Source of the DNA: Nitrospirales bacterium
Lineage (GTDB): Bacteria > Nitrospirota > Nitrospiria > Nitrospirales > UBA8639
DNA length: 64,000 nt
Direction of reading: 5' to 3'
Assembly (NCBI GenBank): GCA_965203295.1
Contig: CBDBCZ010000019.1
Coordinates: 960,001-1,024,000, forward strand
The notes below the pieces were generated by a model that worked only from the letters and a program-made list of their open reading frames with translations, did not search any database and was not told the origin of the DNA. This document shows, piece after piece, positions 40,689 to 51,520 of this stretch. Position numbers and translations under genes: made by a program. Positions within the stretch are counted from its first letter, which is position 1, and each line of letters opens with the position of its first letter.

Positions 40689-42173
40689 ATGACCAAGAAA
40701 CAGTCAGGCCCACCCAGGCCTCATTCAAGGGGACGGATCGGCAAACAGAGCAAAGTATTAGCCACTCGTATTGAGCGGGATACAATGGGTGAATTGGCGG
40801 TTCCTGCCAATGCGTATTATGGCGTGCAAACGGCTCGGGCGATCAACAATTTCCCCATTAGCGATATTCGGTTTCCTCGTTCCTTTATCCGGTCCTTGGG
40901 GCTGATTAAATGGGCGGCGGCAAGAGTGAATGCCTCTTTGGGTTTATTGGAAAACCGAAAGGCTCAGGCTATCCAACAGGCTGCCGACGAAGTGATCAAG
41001 GGTCAGTTGGATTCGGAATTTCTCGTCGATATTTTCCAAACCGGATCCGGGACCTCGACGAACATGAATGCGAATGAAGTCATTGCGAATCGAGCATCCG
41101 AAATTCTTGGGGGTAGGCGAGGCCCTCGACGTGTGCATCCTAATGATGACGTCAATCTTGGCCAGTCAAGTAACGATGTCATTCCTACGGCTATTCACCT
41201 TGCTGGGATCGAAATGATCCAACGCCAGCTTGTCCCCGCACTGAGGCATCTTCGCAAAGCTCTTTCTCGGAAAGCGAATGCTTTCGATCAGGTAGTAAAA
41301 ATTGGCAGGACTCATCTTCAGGATGCCACTCCCATTCGGCTGGGTCAGGAATTTAGTGGATATGCCCGCCAAATTGATTTGGCCATCGTACGGGCAGACC
41401 AAGCTCAACGAGCTCTACAGGAGCTGGCTTTAGGCGGAACGGCCGTGGGAACGGGGTTGAACGCCCATCCCAGATTTGCGGGCCGTGTCATTCGAGTCAT
41501 CTCGAAAGAAATGAAGTGTCCTCTTCGAGAGGCAGTGAATCACTTTGAAGCCCAGGCGGCTCAAGATTCATTGGTGGAAGCCAGCGGGAATCTCCGAGTG
41601 ATCGCGACAAGTTTCATGAAAATTGCCAACGATATTCGGTGGATGGGATCAGGACCTCGGTGCGGAATTGGAGAGATTGTTCTTCCAGAAACACAACCAG
41701 GTTCTTCCATCATGCCTGGCAAAGTGAATCCTGTGATTGCAGAATCTGTCATGATGGTGTCCGCCCAGGTGATTGGGAATGATTCGGCTATTGGTGTGGC
41801 CAGCCAGTTTGGTAATTTTGAGCTACTCGTGATGCTTCCGGTCATGGCCTACAATCTCCTTCAATCCATTGAGCTGCTGGCCAATAGTGCCGACAATTTT
41901 TCAAAGCGTTGTGTCGAAGGGCTGAAGGCCGATACAGAGGTGTGTCGAGGTTCGATCGAAAAAAGTCTCGCCATGTGCACCGCTCTGGCTCCAGAAATTG
42001 GTTATGAAGCGGCGGCGGGAATTGCCAAGGAATCCTACCGTACCGGCAAAACAGTACGGGAAGTCACCCGAGAACGAGATGTCTTGGCAGAGCATCGGTT
42101 GACTGAATTGTTAGATCCTTGGCGGATGACCGGGGCTGGAGCGGTCAAGAAAAAGAAGATCAAGCGGTCTTAA
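40689..42173 (+). CDS. fumC: Fumarate hydratase class II
   Basis: QTGSGTSTNMN, HPNDDVN.GQSSND, GRTHLQDA, GSSIMPGKVNP. Confidence 0.95.
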   Translation: MTKKQSGPPRPHSRGRIGKQSKVLATRIERDTMGELAVPANAYYGVQTARAINNFPISDIRFPRSFIRSLGLIKWAAARVNASLGLLENRKAQAIQQAADEVIKGQLDSEFLVDIFQTGSGTSTNMNANEVIANRASEILGGRRGPRRVHPNDDVNLGQSSNDVIPTAIHLAGIEMIQRQLVPALRHLRKALSRKANAFDQVVKIGRTHLQDATPIRLGQEFSGYARQIDLAIVRADQAQRALQELALGGTAVGTGLNAHPRFAGRVIRVISKEMKCPLREAVNHFEAQAAQDSLVEASGNLRVIATSFMKIANDIRWMGSGPRCGIGEIVLPETQPGSSIMPGKVNPVIAESVMMVSAQVIGNDSAIGVASQFGNFELLVMLPVMAYNLLQSIELLANSADNFSKRCVEGLKADTEVCRGSIEKSLAMCTALAPEIGYEAAAGIAKESYRTGKTVREVTRERDVLAEHRLTELLDPWRMTGAGAVKKKKIKRS

Positions 42174-42182
42174 TATGGTCGT

Positions 42183-43034
42183 CTATCCATCTCCCCATTT
42201 CAATTTATTCCTGAGGACATCGTAAAACGTATGGTCGGGAAAGCGGATGAGGTGAGTTCGATACGGAGAAGTACTCACGGTCATTGTGTCTCCGACATGT
42301 AATTCCATTCCCACCTGACCATCCAGGGTCACAGTGACTGATTCAGGGGTTGTCACTTTCACTTGCAGAGAGGCATTGCCAGGGACTAGGAGTGGACGGT
42401 GGGTCAACGTGTGGGGACTGATGGGAGTGACCATTAAAACCTCCAGAGAAGGATTCAGGATTGGTCCCCCAGTTGACAGGGAATAAGCTGTCGATCCTGT
42501 TGGTGACGAAAAAATGACACCATCTCCTCGAAGGTTCGTGACAAATTTTCTGTCAATCCAAATTTGAATGTTGATCATGCGACCGCGTGTGCCTTTGCTG
42601 ACGACAATATCGTTTAGCACAGTGCTCAAGGACTTGGCTTCGTGTGAGCCAGAAATTTCGGTTTGAAGACGAATTCTGGTATCCAGATAATATTGATCGT
42701 TAAATACGTTGTCCAAGGACCTATAGAGGTTGTCTGCGGTTGTTTCAGTAAGAAATCCAAGTCCCCCCATATTGATTCCTAAAATGGGGACGGAGCGTGT
42801 TTCCACTAGACGGGCAGCGCTCAGAATGGTGCCGTCGCCCCCTAACACAACCACGAGGTCAGTACGGGTCGCGAAAGATTCAGACTGACTGGATTCCGAT
42901 TCCCCAATCAGAGTTGCGGCTGAGTGGGCTAACACGACGGTTTTTTGTCGTTCCCGGAGCCAGGCCATGAGCTCCTGGAGCATGGGTTTGATTTCTGGAA
43001 AGTGTGGCTTGGTGGCAATGCCAATGATTTTCAA
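42183..43034 (-). CDS. nadK: NAD kinase
   Basis: LGGDGT, GGLGFL, LND, GDG...SPTGSTAYSLS.GGP. Confidence 0.95.
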   Translation of the reverse strand: MKIIGIATKPHFPEIKPMLQELMAWLRERQKTVVLAHSAATLIGESESSQSESFATRTDLVVVLGGDGTILSAARLVETRSVPILGINMGGLGFLTETTADNLYRSLDNVFNDQYYLDTRIRLQTEISGSHEAKSLSTVLNDIVVSKGTRGRMINIQIWIDRKFVTNLRGDGVIFSSPTGSTAYSLSTGGPILNPSLEVLMVTPISPHTLTHRPLLVPGNASLQVKVTTPESVTVTLDGQVGMELHVGDTMTVSTSPYRTHLIRFPDHTFYDVLRNKLKWGDG

Positions 43035-43217
43035 GGGTGCGACTCTGGCCTAAAGACGGAAACGCTTTGTTTGGTTAAATAAGGGAAAGACAATTGACTC
43101 AGTCAGGAGAAGAAAACGAGACAAAAATTGTATAGCCGAGTTGGAGTTCTGTCAATTAGACAGAGTAAATTGTAGGTATGGGATATCAATCCTTCTCGTG
43201 TTGTCAGAAGTTACATC

Positions 43218-43247
43218 TTGACACTTGAAAGAAGCGGTGATTAGACT
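43218..43247 (+). promoter_or_regulatory. sigma70-type promoter for clpC
   Basis: TTGACA-18-TAGACT. Confidence 0.5.
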
Positions 43248-43318
43248 TAGCTTAAGAATACGGTTTCAGGAAAAGTGGTCGTTTTTGAGACCGATTGAAT
43301 ACAGACAAGGGAGGCAAG

Positions 43319-45747
43319 ATGTTCGAACGGTTTACGGACAGAGGCCGAAAAATCATTATCTTGGCTAGGGAAGAAGCCGAACGTCACCAGAACGATTATT
43401 TGGGGACGGAACATTTGGTGCTTGCAATCCTGCGTGAGTCAGATGGGATTGCCCTCATGATCATTAAAAAGATGGGGCTTTCCCCTGAACAAGTCCGTCT
43501 TGAAATCGAACGAAATTTGCCTCAGGGCGGAACGACGGTCACATTTGGCGAAATTCCCTTTAGCCCTCGAGTAAAAAAAGTCATTGAGTATGGCGTGGAA
43601 GAAGCCAGACTTCTTGGCCATAATCACATTGGAAGTGAGCATCTCCTTCTTGGCCTTTTGAGAGAAGAAGAGGGAATCGGTGGAAAGTTTTTCGTAGCCT
43701 TGGGGGGAATCTCCTGACCGCTCGTCAATTGACCGTGACATTCCTCCGAAAGTCTGGATCTCGAGAGCGTGATAAAAAAAGCAGCACCCCTGCCTTAGAC
43801 GAGTTTGGAAGAGATCTCACGCAATTGGCTCAGGAATCTTTGCTCGATCCTGTTATCGGGCGTGCGGATGAAATTGATCGTGTCCTTCAGATTCTTAGCC
43901 GCCGGGCCAAGAACAACCCCGCGTTAATAGGAGAATCCGGGGTAGGAAAGACGGCTATTGTCGAGGGATTAGCCCAACGGATTGTTTCCATGGATGTCCC
44001 TGATAACCTTTTAAATCGACGAGTGATTGCCCTCGATCTTGGGTCCTTAGTAGCCGGGACGAAGTATCGTGGCCAATTTGAAGAACGTTTAAAGGTGGTG
44101 ATGAAGGAGATTGCCCAAGCGGGTAATGTCATCCTTTTTATTGATGAATTACACACGTTAGTAGGGGCAGGAGCTGCAGAGGGATCGATAGATGCGGCTA
44201 ATATGCTGAAACCGGCTTTATCTCGAGGAGAAATTCAATGTATCGGAGCGACAACCTTAGATGAATATCGAAAGCATATTGAGAAGGACGGAGCGTTGAA
44301 AAGACGTTTCCAATCGATTTATGTCCAACCTCCGTCAGTGGACGAAACCATTCGCATTATTCAGGGCTTGCGAGATCGGTACGAAGAACATCATGGGGTT
44401 GAGTTTACTGATGAAGCGATCGTTGAAGCTGTCAAGCTCAGCGATCGTTATGTCACGGACCGCTTCCTTCCTGACAAAGCTATCGACTTAATCGATGAGA
44501 CAGGGTCCCGTGCGAAACTTCAGTCTTATGCTCTTCCACCGGAACTCAAATCACTCGAACATGAGCTTAAGAGGGTGGCTCGAGAAAAGGAGCTCGCGAT
44601 TGGTCTTCAAAGTTTTGAAGAAGCTGTCAAGTACCGGGAAGAAGAGGAGCGCTTTCGTAAATTGCTTGAAGAAGCCAAACGCGATTGGAAGACAAAGAAA
44701 GAAGAACAGAAGCCTGTTATTACGGCCGAGAACGTTGGATATGTTGTTTCAAAAATGACGGGAATTCCCTTATTTAAATTGGAAGAAGAAGAATCAGAGA
44801 AATTACTGCATATGGAAGAGTTCCTCCATAAACGTATCGTGGGTCAGGATGAAGCCATCTCCGCAGTTTGTCGAGCCATTCGGCGGTCACGTGCTGGTCT
44901 CAAAGAAGCCAAGAAACCCATTGGTTCGTTTATCTACCTCGGACCCACCGGCGTAGGGAAAACGGAATTGGCTCGGGCTTTGGCCGAGTTCCTCTTTAAT
45001 ACGGAAGATGCGCTTATTCGGATTGACATGTCCGAGTATCAGGAGAAGTTCACCAGTTCGCGACTTTTTGGGGCACCTCCTGGGTATGTGGGGTATGAAG
45101 AGGGAGGGCAATTAACAGAAAAAGTACGCCGCCGTCCCTATTCAGTCGTGTTGTTTGATGAAATTGAAAAAGCTCACCCGGATATTTTTAATGTTCTCCT
45201 CCAAGTCCTCGATGATGGGGTACTGACAGATAGTCTCGGGCGGAAAGTTGATTTTAAGAATGCCATCTTAGTGATGACTTCGAATGTTGGGACCAAGCTG
45301 CTTCAAAAAGGGGCATCCCTTGGATTCCAAAAAGAAGAGGAAGTTCACAATACTGTACGGATGAAAACGGAAGTATTGTCTGAGGTCAAGCGGACATTTA
45401 GCCCTGAGTTCCTGAATCGGATTGATGAATTGGTCATCTTCCATTCGCTGGATAAAGAGCATCTTTTTAAGATTGTGGACATCTTGATTCGAGAGTTGAA
45501 TGTTCGCCTTGGAGAAAGAGATGTCGAACTCGAAATTGGGGAAGATGTGAAGCAATGGTTGATCGATGAAGGATATCAACCTCAATATGGTGCACGTCCT
45601 TTAAGACGAACCATTCAGAAATGTTTGGGTGACCCTTTGTCTGAGGAGCTTATCAAGGGCCGGTTTAAGGATTCCCGAAAAATTAAAGTCCTCCTTCGCG
45701 ACAATTCTCCAATATTTTTGAAAGAAGAAGCGATGGCGGGTGTGTAA
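43319..45747 (+). pseudogene. clpC: ClpC AAA+ chaperone split by a 1-nt frameshift (lesion or read error)
   Basis: MFERFT Clp_N repeats (43319-43717) and two AAA modules ([16 protein letters not shown]). Adding one base in GGAAAGTTTTT at about 43685 restores [24 protein letters not shown]. Confidence 0.85.
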
Positions 45748-45997
45748 ATTTTGGCGTTATACAATTCTTGATTTCACGGGGGTGCCTGCCTGCACGTCGA
45801 ACAATCCTGTTTGAGAACCTTCCTGCGAGATTGTCTTTCATCACGTCGCGATCTTCTGTTCTGTTGCAAATCACGTTGTTCAGTCATGTAGCCATGGGAT
45901 GAACCTCATGACCAAGAGGTTATGGGGATGGTCTTTGATGAACCCATTTTCTGCCTGTGTCTTGACTGCTGAGGCAAAACCATAGGATCTTCTTTCC

Positions 45998-47038
45998 ATG
46001 CCGCCTTGCATCTTAGGCATTGAAACTTCATGTGATGAAACGGCTGCTGCCGTTGTCACGCTCGAGGGCCAGGTTCTGTCCAGTACATTGAGTTCGCAAG
46101 ATGACGTCCATCATCAATATGGGGGGGTTGTCCCAGAGTTGGCGTCTCGGTGTCATATAGAGCGAATCGAATTTGTGGTGAGAGACGCGATGGATCATGC
46201 TGGTATCAGGTACAGGGATCTTCAAGCTGTGGCTGTGACTCGAGGACCAGGATTAGCTGGTTCACTCGTTGTGGGAGTCAGTTTTGCGAAGGCGGTAGCT
46301 TACGCAGCCAATGTGTCTTTGATTGGAGTCAATCATTTGGAAGGCCATGTGGCTTCGGCTTGGCTTGGAGTGTCTGATTTATCTTTTCCCTGTGTCGTGT
46401 TAGTGGCTTCTGGAGGGCATACTCATTTATTTTACGTTCCCAGCCGAGAAACATTTCAGTTGATCGGACATACCCTGGATGATGCTGCGGGAGAAGCGTT
46501 CGATAAGGGGGCGAAAATGCTGGGGCTGGGGTATCCTGGTGGTCCTGAGCTTGATCGGTTAGCCCGATCAGGGAACTGCACGTTGGTTCATTTCCCCAGG
46601 CCCTATCTCAAACGGGGAGGGCTCAATTTTAGTTTCAGTGGCCTGAAGACGGCTCTTCTGTATTATCTCAAAGATCTTGAAGCCCAAGGAATTCCATACT
46701 CTGTGGCTGATATTGCAGCGGCTTACCAAGAGGCCATTGTCGAAGTGTTGGTCGCAAAAGCCTTTCGTGCTGTTCGACAGCGGAACGTCAAGGGTTTAGC
46801 GGTTGTGGGGGGGGTGTCAGCGAACTCTCGGTTACGGGAAGTGCTGACCCTTGAGGCTTCAGCCCAGGATATCAATCTTGCGTTGCCACCGCTTGAATAC
46901 TGTACAGATAATGCCGCCATGATCGCTGCTGCTGGGTGTCAGGCATTTCGATTGGGAGACACGTCCTCTTGGGATTTAGATGTCGAACCCGATTTCTTGA
47001 CGTCATTGAAAAATGGAGTTGAGGGGTCAACGTTCTAG
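45998..47038 (+). CDS. tsaD: tRNA t6A threonylcarbamoyltransferase
   Basis: GIETSCDETA, GGVVPELASR, NHLEGH, SGGHT, DDAAGEAFDK, CTDNAAMIA. Confidence 0.96.
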   Translation: MPPCILGIETSCDETAAAVVTLEGQVLSSTLSSQDDVHHQYGGVVPELASRCHIERIEFVVRDAMDHAGIRYRDLQAVAVTRGPGLAGSLVVGVSFAKAVAYAANVSLIGVNHLEGHVASAWLGVSDLSFPCVVLVASGGHTHLFYVPSRETFQLIGHTLDDAAGEAFDKGAKMLGLGYPGGPELDRLARSGNCTLVHFPRPYLKRGGLNFSFSGLKTALLYYLKDLEAQGIPYSVADIAAAYQEAIVEVLVAKAFRAVRQRNVKGLAVVGGVSANSRLREVLTLEASAQDINLALPPLEYCTDNAAMIAAAGCQAFRLGDTSSWDLDVEPDFLTSLKNGVEGSTF

Positions 47039-47056
47039 AATTCGTAACAAGGAGGT

Positions 47057-48790
47057 GTGTCGATCCCCACAGTTAGCGGAAATCTTGGAGGATTAAAAGC
47101 CAATCACTTAGGTCGGTTGGAACGATTATTTCGGCGTCGGGTCCCAGTGGATAAAGTGATTACCCTTGAGCTGGCAAAAACCTGTGCTCAATTATCCTAT
47201 GAATGCCGACGCCAAATTGGTTTGCTCATTAACCGTCGGGGTAATATTGAATCAGTGATTGTTGGGACCGATCGTCAACTTGTGATTCCCAACCTTTCGC
47301 GACTCCGATCGAGTGGACGACTGTTGCGGGGTATCCGTCTCGTGAATACCCATCTCGACAATCAGCCTCTGACCAAGGATGACCTCACTGATTTGGCACT
47401 TCTTCGTTTGGACCTGATGATGGCCATCGGTGTTGATCAGCAGGGAGGGGTTGCTGATGTGTCTGTTGCGCATATTCTCCCACACAATCCCCAGGGGAAA
47501 GTCTGCGAAGAAAGAGCGTCATGTTCCTTTCATGCGTTTCACATGGATTGTGGAAAATTTGTTCAGTCGCTTGAAGCGGAACTGAGTCGAGCCACCTCCA
47601 CCCTTCAGGTCAAAGGAGAAGGTGCGACAGCAATTCTTCTCAGTGTTTCAACGGGTAATCGATTGCAGCAAGAGGAACGGTTAGAAGAGTTGCGGGAATT
47701 GGCAAGTTCTCATGGAATTCGGGTTCTTGGGACGGTGTTGCAGCGGCCCCAGGAGTTAAATCCAAAGTTTCTCTTAGGTAGCGGGAAGATCAAAGAAGTC
47801 ATTATTTCAGCTCTCCAATCTAGTGCGGAGTTGCTCATTTTTGAGCAGAGTTTAACCCCAGCCCAAGTTCGTGCTATTTCTGAAATAACTGAGATCAAAG
47901 TTCTCGATAGGACTCAATTGATATTGGATATTTTTGCGCGCCGAGCCCATTCTCGGGCAGGGAAACTTCAAGTCGAGCTAGCTCAGTTGCGCTATTTGCT
48001 TCCCCGGTTGTCTCAATCGAGCACAGCATTTTCACGGTTGGGTGGTGGCATTGGGGGACGTGGACCAGGTGAAACGAAGCTGGAGACCGACCTCCGACGT
48101 GTCCGCGATCGAATAAGCCATTTAGAGCGAGACCTCCGTGAGGTGGCTCGACACCGGGATCAGCAACGCATGAACCGAGTACGTCGAATGATTCCGGTCG
48201 TGTCGATCATTGGTTATACGAATGCCGGGAAGTCCACGTTGCTCAACGCGCTGACCCATAGTTCGGTCTCGACAAAAAATCGGCCTTTCGAAACCCTTGA
48301 TACAGTCACTCGTCGCCTATTCTTTAAAGGCACGAAAGAAGCCGTCATCACCGACACCGTTGGGTTTATGCGAGATCTTCCCAAAGATCTGTTAAGTGCT
48401 TTTCGAACGACACTTCAAGAACTTGGAGACGCGGATCTTCTTCTCCATGTCGTGGATGCCAGCGCGTTTGACTCAGATCGGCAAATTGAGGCAGTCGAGA
48501 CCATTCTGATAGAGTTGGGCTTAGAGAATATTCCTCGGGTTCTCATTTTGAATAAATGTGATCGTCTTCAACAGGAAGAAGCCAAGGTCCTTTGTCAACG
48601 GTTACATGCTCTGGGAGTTTCAGCGATTCAACCGATCACACTTGTTCCTCTCCTTCACGTGATAGAAAAAGCGCTGTATTGGAGACGCCAGACTGGCTTA
48701 CAAGATTCAGAGACGTTATCAGGACATGAGAGACGAACCTCCGTAGAAATAGACCAAGACAGTTGGCCTCTGAGAGCTTCCCACATTTGA
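47057..48790 (+). CDS. hflX: GTPase HflX, long form with N-terminal extension
   Basis: ILDIFARRA, GPGETKLE, GYTNAGKST, DTVGF, NKCD. Confidence 0.95.
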   Translation: MSIPTVSGNLGGLKANHLGRLERLFRRRVPVDKVITLELAKTCAQLSYECRRQIGLLINRRGNIESVIVGTDRQLVIPNLSRLRSSGRLLRGIRLVNTHLDNQPLTKDDLTDLALLRLDLMMAIGVDQQGGVADVSVAHILPHNPQGKVCEERASCSFHAFHMDCGKFVQSLEAELSRATSTLQVKGEGATAILLSVSTGNRLQQEERLEELRELASSHGIRVLGTVLQRPQELNPKFLLGSGKIKEVIISALQSSAELLIFEQSLTPAQVRAISEITEIKVLDRTQLILDIFARRAHSRAGKLQVELAQLRYLLPRLSQSSTAFSRLGGGIGGRGPGETKLETDLRRVRDRISHLERDLREVARHRDQQRMNRVRRMIPVVSIIGYTNAGKSTLLNALTHSSVSTKNRPFETLDTVTRRLFFKGTKEAVITDTVGFMRDLPKDLLSAFRTTLQELGDADLLLHVVDASAFDSDRQIEAVETILIELGLENIPRVLILNKCDRLQQEEAKVLCQRLHALGVSAIQPITLVPLLHVIEKALYWRRQTGLQDSETLSGHERRTSVEIDQDSWPLRASHI

Positions 48791-48836
48791 ACAGGGATTC
48801 TTATGAACTCAATGGGAAGGGGGGAAGATCAAGGCC

Positions 48837-49478
48837 TTGAAAAAGGAAAAAGCACGGGCGCAACGAATCGTTCGAAAGTTGACACAAAGCCGGCCAAAAG
48901 CTGTTGTGGAATTAGATTATCACACGCCTTTTGAGTTACTGGTGGCCACGATATTATCAGCCCAATGTACCGATGAACGGGTCAACAAGGTCACCCCGCG
49001 ATTATTTCAGGAGTACCCGGGCCCTGAGCAACTCGCCAAGGCCAAGAAAAGTGAGTTGGAAACTATCATCTACTCTACAGGATTTTTTAAGAGTAAGGCG
49101 CGCCATTTGATTGCTTGCAGTCGGTGCCTGATAGACCAATACCAGGGGGTGGTCCCTGAGAAGTTGGAAGACTTGACGATCCTTCCTGGAATCGGGCGAA
49201 AAACTGCCAATGTGATTGTCGGAGGCTGGTTTGGCAAACCTGCAGTCGTTGTCGATACTCATGTCAAACGAGTGGCCAATCGGTTGAAGTTGACGAAAAG
49301 TTCTGATCCCACAAAAATTGAACAAGACCTTCAGCAGCTCTTGCCGCGTTCCCAATGGACTGGTGGATCCCAACGGCTTTTCTTACACGGACGCTATGTC
49401 TGTCTTGCCCGTTCACCAAAGTGTGATCGATGCGTGTTATATGAAGACTGCCACTGGGAGAGGAAGCGCTTCCAATGA
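48837..49478 (+). CDS. nth: Endonuclease III
   Basis: LSAQCTD, LPGIGRKTAN, VDTHV, C-X6-C-X2-C-X5-C. Confidence 0.95.
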   Translation: MKKEKARAQRIVRKLTQSRPKAVVELDYHTPFELLVATILSAQCTDERVNKVTPRLFQEYPGPEQLAKAKKSELETIIYSTGFFKSKARHLIACSRCLIDQYQGVVPEKLEDLTILPGIGRKTANVIVGGWFGKPAVVVDTHVKRVANRLKLTKSSDPTKIEQDLQQLLPRSQWTGGSQRLFLHGRYVCLARSPKCDRCVLYEDCHWERKRFQ

Positions 49479-50353
49479 TTAAAAGCATGACCGGATTTGG
49501 AAAGATGGAGACGTTCTGGCAAGGCACGCCAATCTCGGTAGAAGTGCGTTCTGTGAATCACCGGTATCGTGAAGTAGTCGTGAGACTGCCGAAAGCCTAT
49601 GTTGGTCTGGAGGAACACATTAAACAACTCGTGTGTTCACGTTGTAGCCGCGGTCGCCTTGATGTGACGTTGACCATAGGGACTGGAAAGGGACAAGCCA
49701 ATGCTGTGAGTTGGGATCGTTCGCTTGCCCGCCGATATTATCGAATCTTTCAAGATATTCAACGGGAATTTCAAATTGACCAAAAAATAGACGTCTCACT
49801 GTTAGCAAGCTTTCGCGATATTTTTTCCGTTAAGGAAGGAATAGGCCCAGACAAAAAGTGCGAAGCGGTCATGAAACGTTTGGTGTTGGGTGCTCTTGAT
49901 CATTTGGATAGAATGCGGAGGCGTGAGGGAAAAGTTCTGCTCACGGATATATCCAACCGAGTGAAGAGTCAGGCGAGGATCTTTCGAAACATTCAGCTCC
50001 GACTTCCGAAAGTCGTAGAGGGATATTACCAACGAATGAAAGGAAGAATACAGCAGTTGTCTGGAAGTCATGGAGTCGATCAAGCTCGTCTTGCCCAAGA
50101 ATTGGCCATTTTTGCGGATCGTTGTGATGTGACGGAAGAGATGATCAGGAGCCAAAGCCATCTCAATCAATTTACGAGTTTACTGAAAAAGCGAGAGCCT
50201 GTGGGTCGGCAGTTGGATTTTTTACTTCAGGAGATGGGACGCGAGATTAATACCATTGGGTCAAAGGCGAATGATGCTGAAATTTCCTCTTGTGTGGTCC
50301 AATTGAAAAGTGAACTGGAAAAGATCCGTGAACAAGTGCAAAATGTGGAGTAA
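49475..50353 (+). CDS. yicC: YicC/YloC-family endoribonuclease
   Basis: SMTGFG, SVNHRY, GRQLDFLLQEMGREINTIGSK, REQVQNVE. Confidence 0.95.
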   Translation: MIKSMTGFGKMETFWQGTPISVEVRSVNHRYREVVVRLPKAYVGLEEHIKQLVCSRCSRGRLDVTLTIGTGKGQANAVSWDRSLARRYYRIFQDIQREFQIDQKIDVSLLASFRDIFSVKEGIGPDKKCEAVMKRLVLGALDHLDRMRRREGKVLLTDISNRVKSQARIFRNIQLRLPKVVEGYYQRMKGRIQQLSGSHGVDQARLAQELAIFADRCDVTEEMIRSQSHLNQFTSLLKKREPVGRQLDFLLQEMGREINTIGSKANDAEISSCVVQLKSELEKIREQVQNVE

Positions 50354-50389
50354 CGAATTCTTGTGGTTTAGGAAAAAGTGGAGTTCCTC

Positions 50390-51025
50390 ATGATGAGCAA
50401 AGGTTTGTTGTTCGTGGTATCTGGGCCATCCGGGGTTGGGAAAAGTACGCTGTGTAAGAAAATGGCCTCCATTGTTCAGGGGACCACTCTGTCTGTATCT
50501 TTTACAACCCGGAATCCCAGGCCAGGCGAAGAAGAGGGAGTCGACTATTTTTTTGTGAAGCATGACCGTTTCCGAGAATTGGTGGAACAGGATGAGTTTG
50601 TGGAATGGGCGACGGTGTATGGAAATTACTATGGGACCCCGCGCAGCTACTTGAAACAGACTATGGAAAAAGGGATTGACGTTCTTTTGGATATTGATGT
50701 CCAAGGAGCCAGACAAATCATGAAGCGATTCTCAGATGCTGTATATGTCTTTGTTGTCCCCCCCTCCTTGGATACGTTACGAGATCGGCTGGTTCAGAGG
50801 GGAGCTGAGGCACCCGAAGAAGTCGATCGTCGATTTCAAAAAGCCACCGCGGAAATCATGAATTATCACTCGTATCATTACATTATCCGGAATGATGATC
50901 TTTCGGGGTCAGCCCGGGCACTCGAAGCGGTGATTGTTGCCGAACGATTAAAAACATCTCGAGTCAGTAAGGAATGGCTGTTGGAAAAGGGGCTTCTTCG
51001 TGAAGGAGAAGGAAGCAAAGTGTAG
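50390..51025 (+). CDS. gmk: Guanylate kinase
   Basis: SGPSGVGKST, TTRNPRPGE, NYYGT, DIDVQGA. Confidence 0.96.
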   Translation: MMSKGLLFVVSGPSGVGKSTLCKKMASIVQGTTLSVSFTTRNPRPGEEEGVDYFFVKHDRFRELVEQDEFVEWATVYGNYYGTPRSYLKQTMEKGIDVLLDIDVQGARQIMKRFSDAVYVFVVPPSLDTLRDRLVQRGAEAPEEVDRRFQKATAEIMNYHSYHYIIRNDDLSGSARALEAVIVAERLKTSRVSKEWLLEKGLLREGEGSKV

Positions 51026-51136
51026 TGGTCTGCATCAATTTCCTCTTAATCTTCAAAATGTAAAATCAGGTGGTATTTTTCTGACTTTGTATGAGTATAA
51101 TTGTCAAATGATATTTAACAAAAGGAGTAGACAACA

Positions 51137-51505
51137 ATGATGAATACGCTTTCGCTTCTTCCGGATGATTGGGCAGGAAAATTTGATTCTCGTTACCGGG
51201 TCGTGCTGGTTGCGGCCCAACGTGCGAAATATTTGATGCAAGGGGCCAAGCGGTCTCAACTCAGTAAGTTTACAAAAGAAACTTCTGTTGCTCTTGAAGA
51301 GGTTTTGCAGGGAAACGTGGAATTTCTGATGGGGAAAGAAGCTCGCCAAGCGCTCAAAGAAGTAAGAAAAACCGTGGAGCGGGAATTTGACGAATCCTTG
51401 TTGGGTGAAACGGATGAGGATGCCAAAGAGATTAAACAACAATTAAGCGTGTATATTGACGATTCTCCGAAAGAAGAAGTCGTCGAGCCAGAAATACACG
51501 AATAA
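51137..51505 (+). CDS. rpoZ: RNA polymerase omega subunit with acidic C-terminal extension
   Basis: DSRYRVVLVAAQRAK..QG...VALEE; gmk-rpoZ-coaBC synteny. Confidence 0.9.
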   Translation: MMNTLSLLPDDWAGKFDSRYRVVLVAAQRAKYLMQGAKRSQLSKFTKETSVALEEVLQGNVEFLMGKEARQALKEVRKTVEREFDESLLGETDEDAKEIKQQLSVYIDDSPKEEVVEPEIHE

Positions 51506-51520
51506 GCCGTTCCTTCCGTC

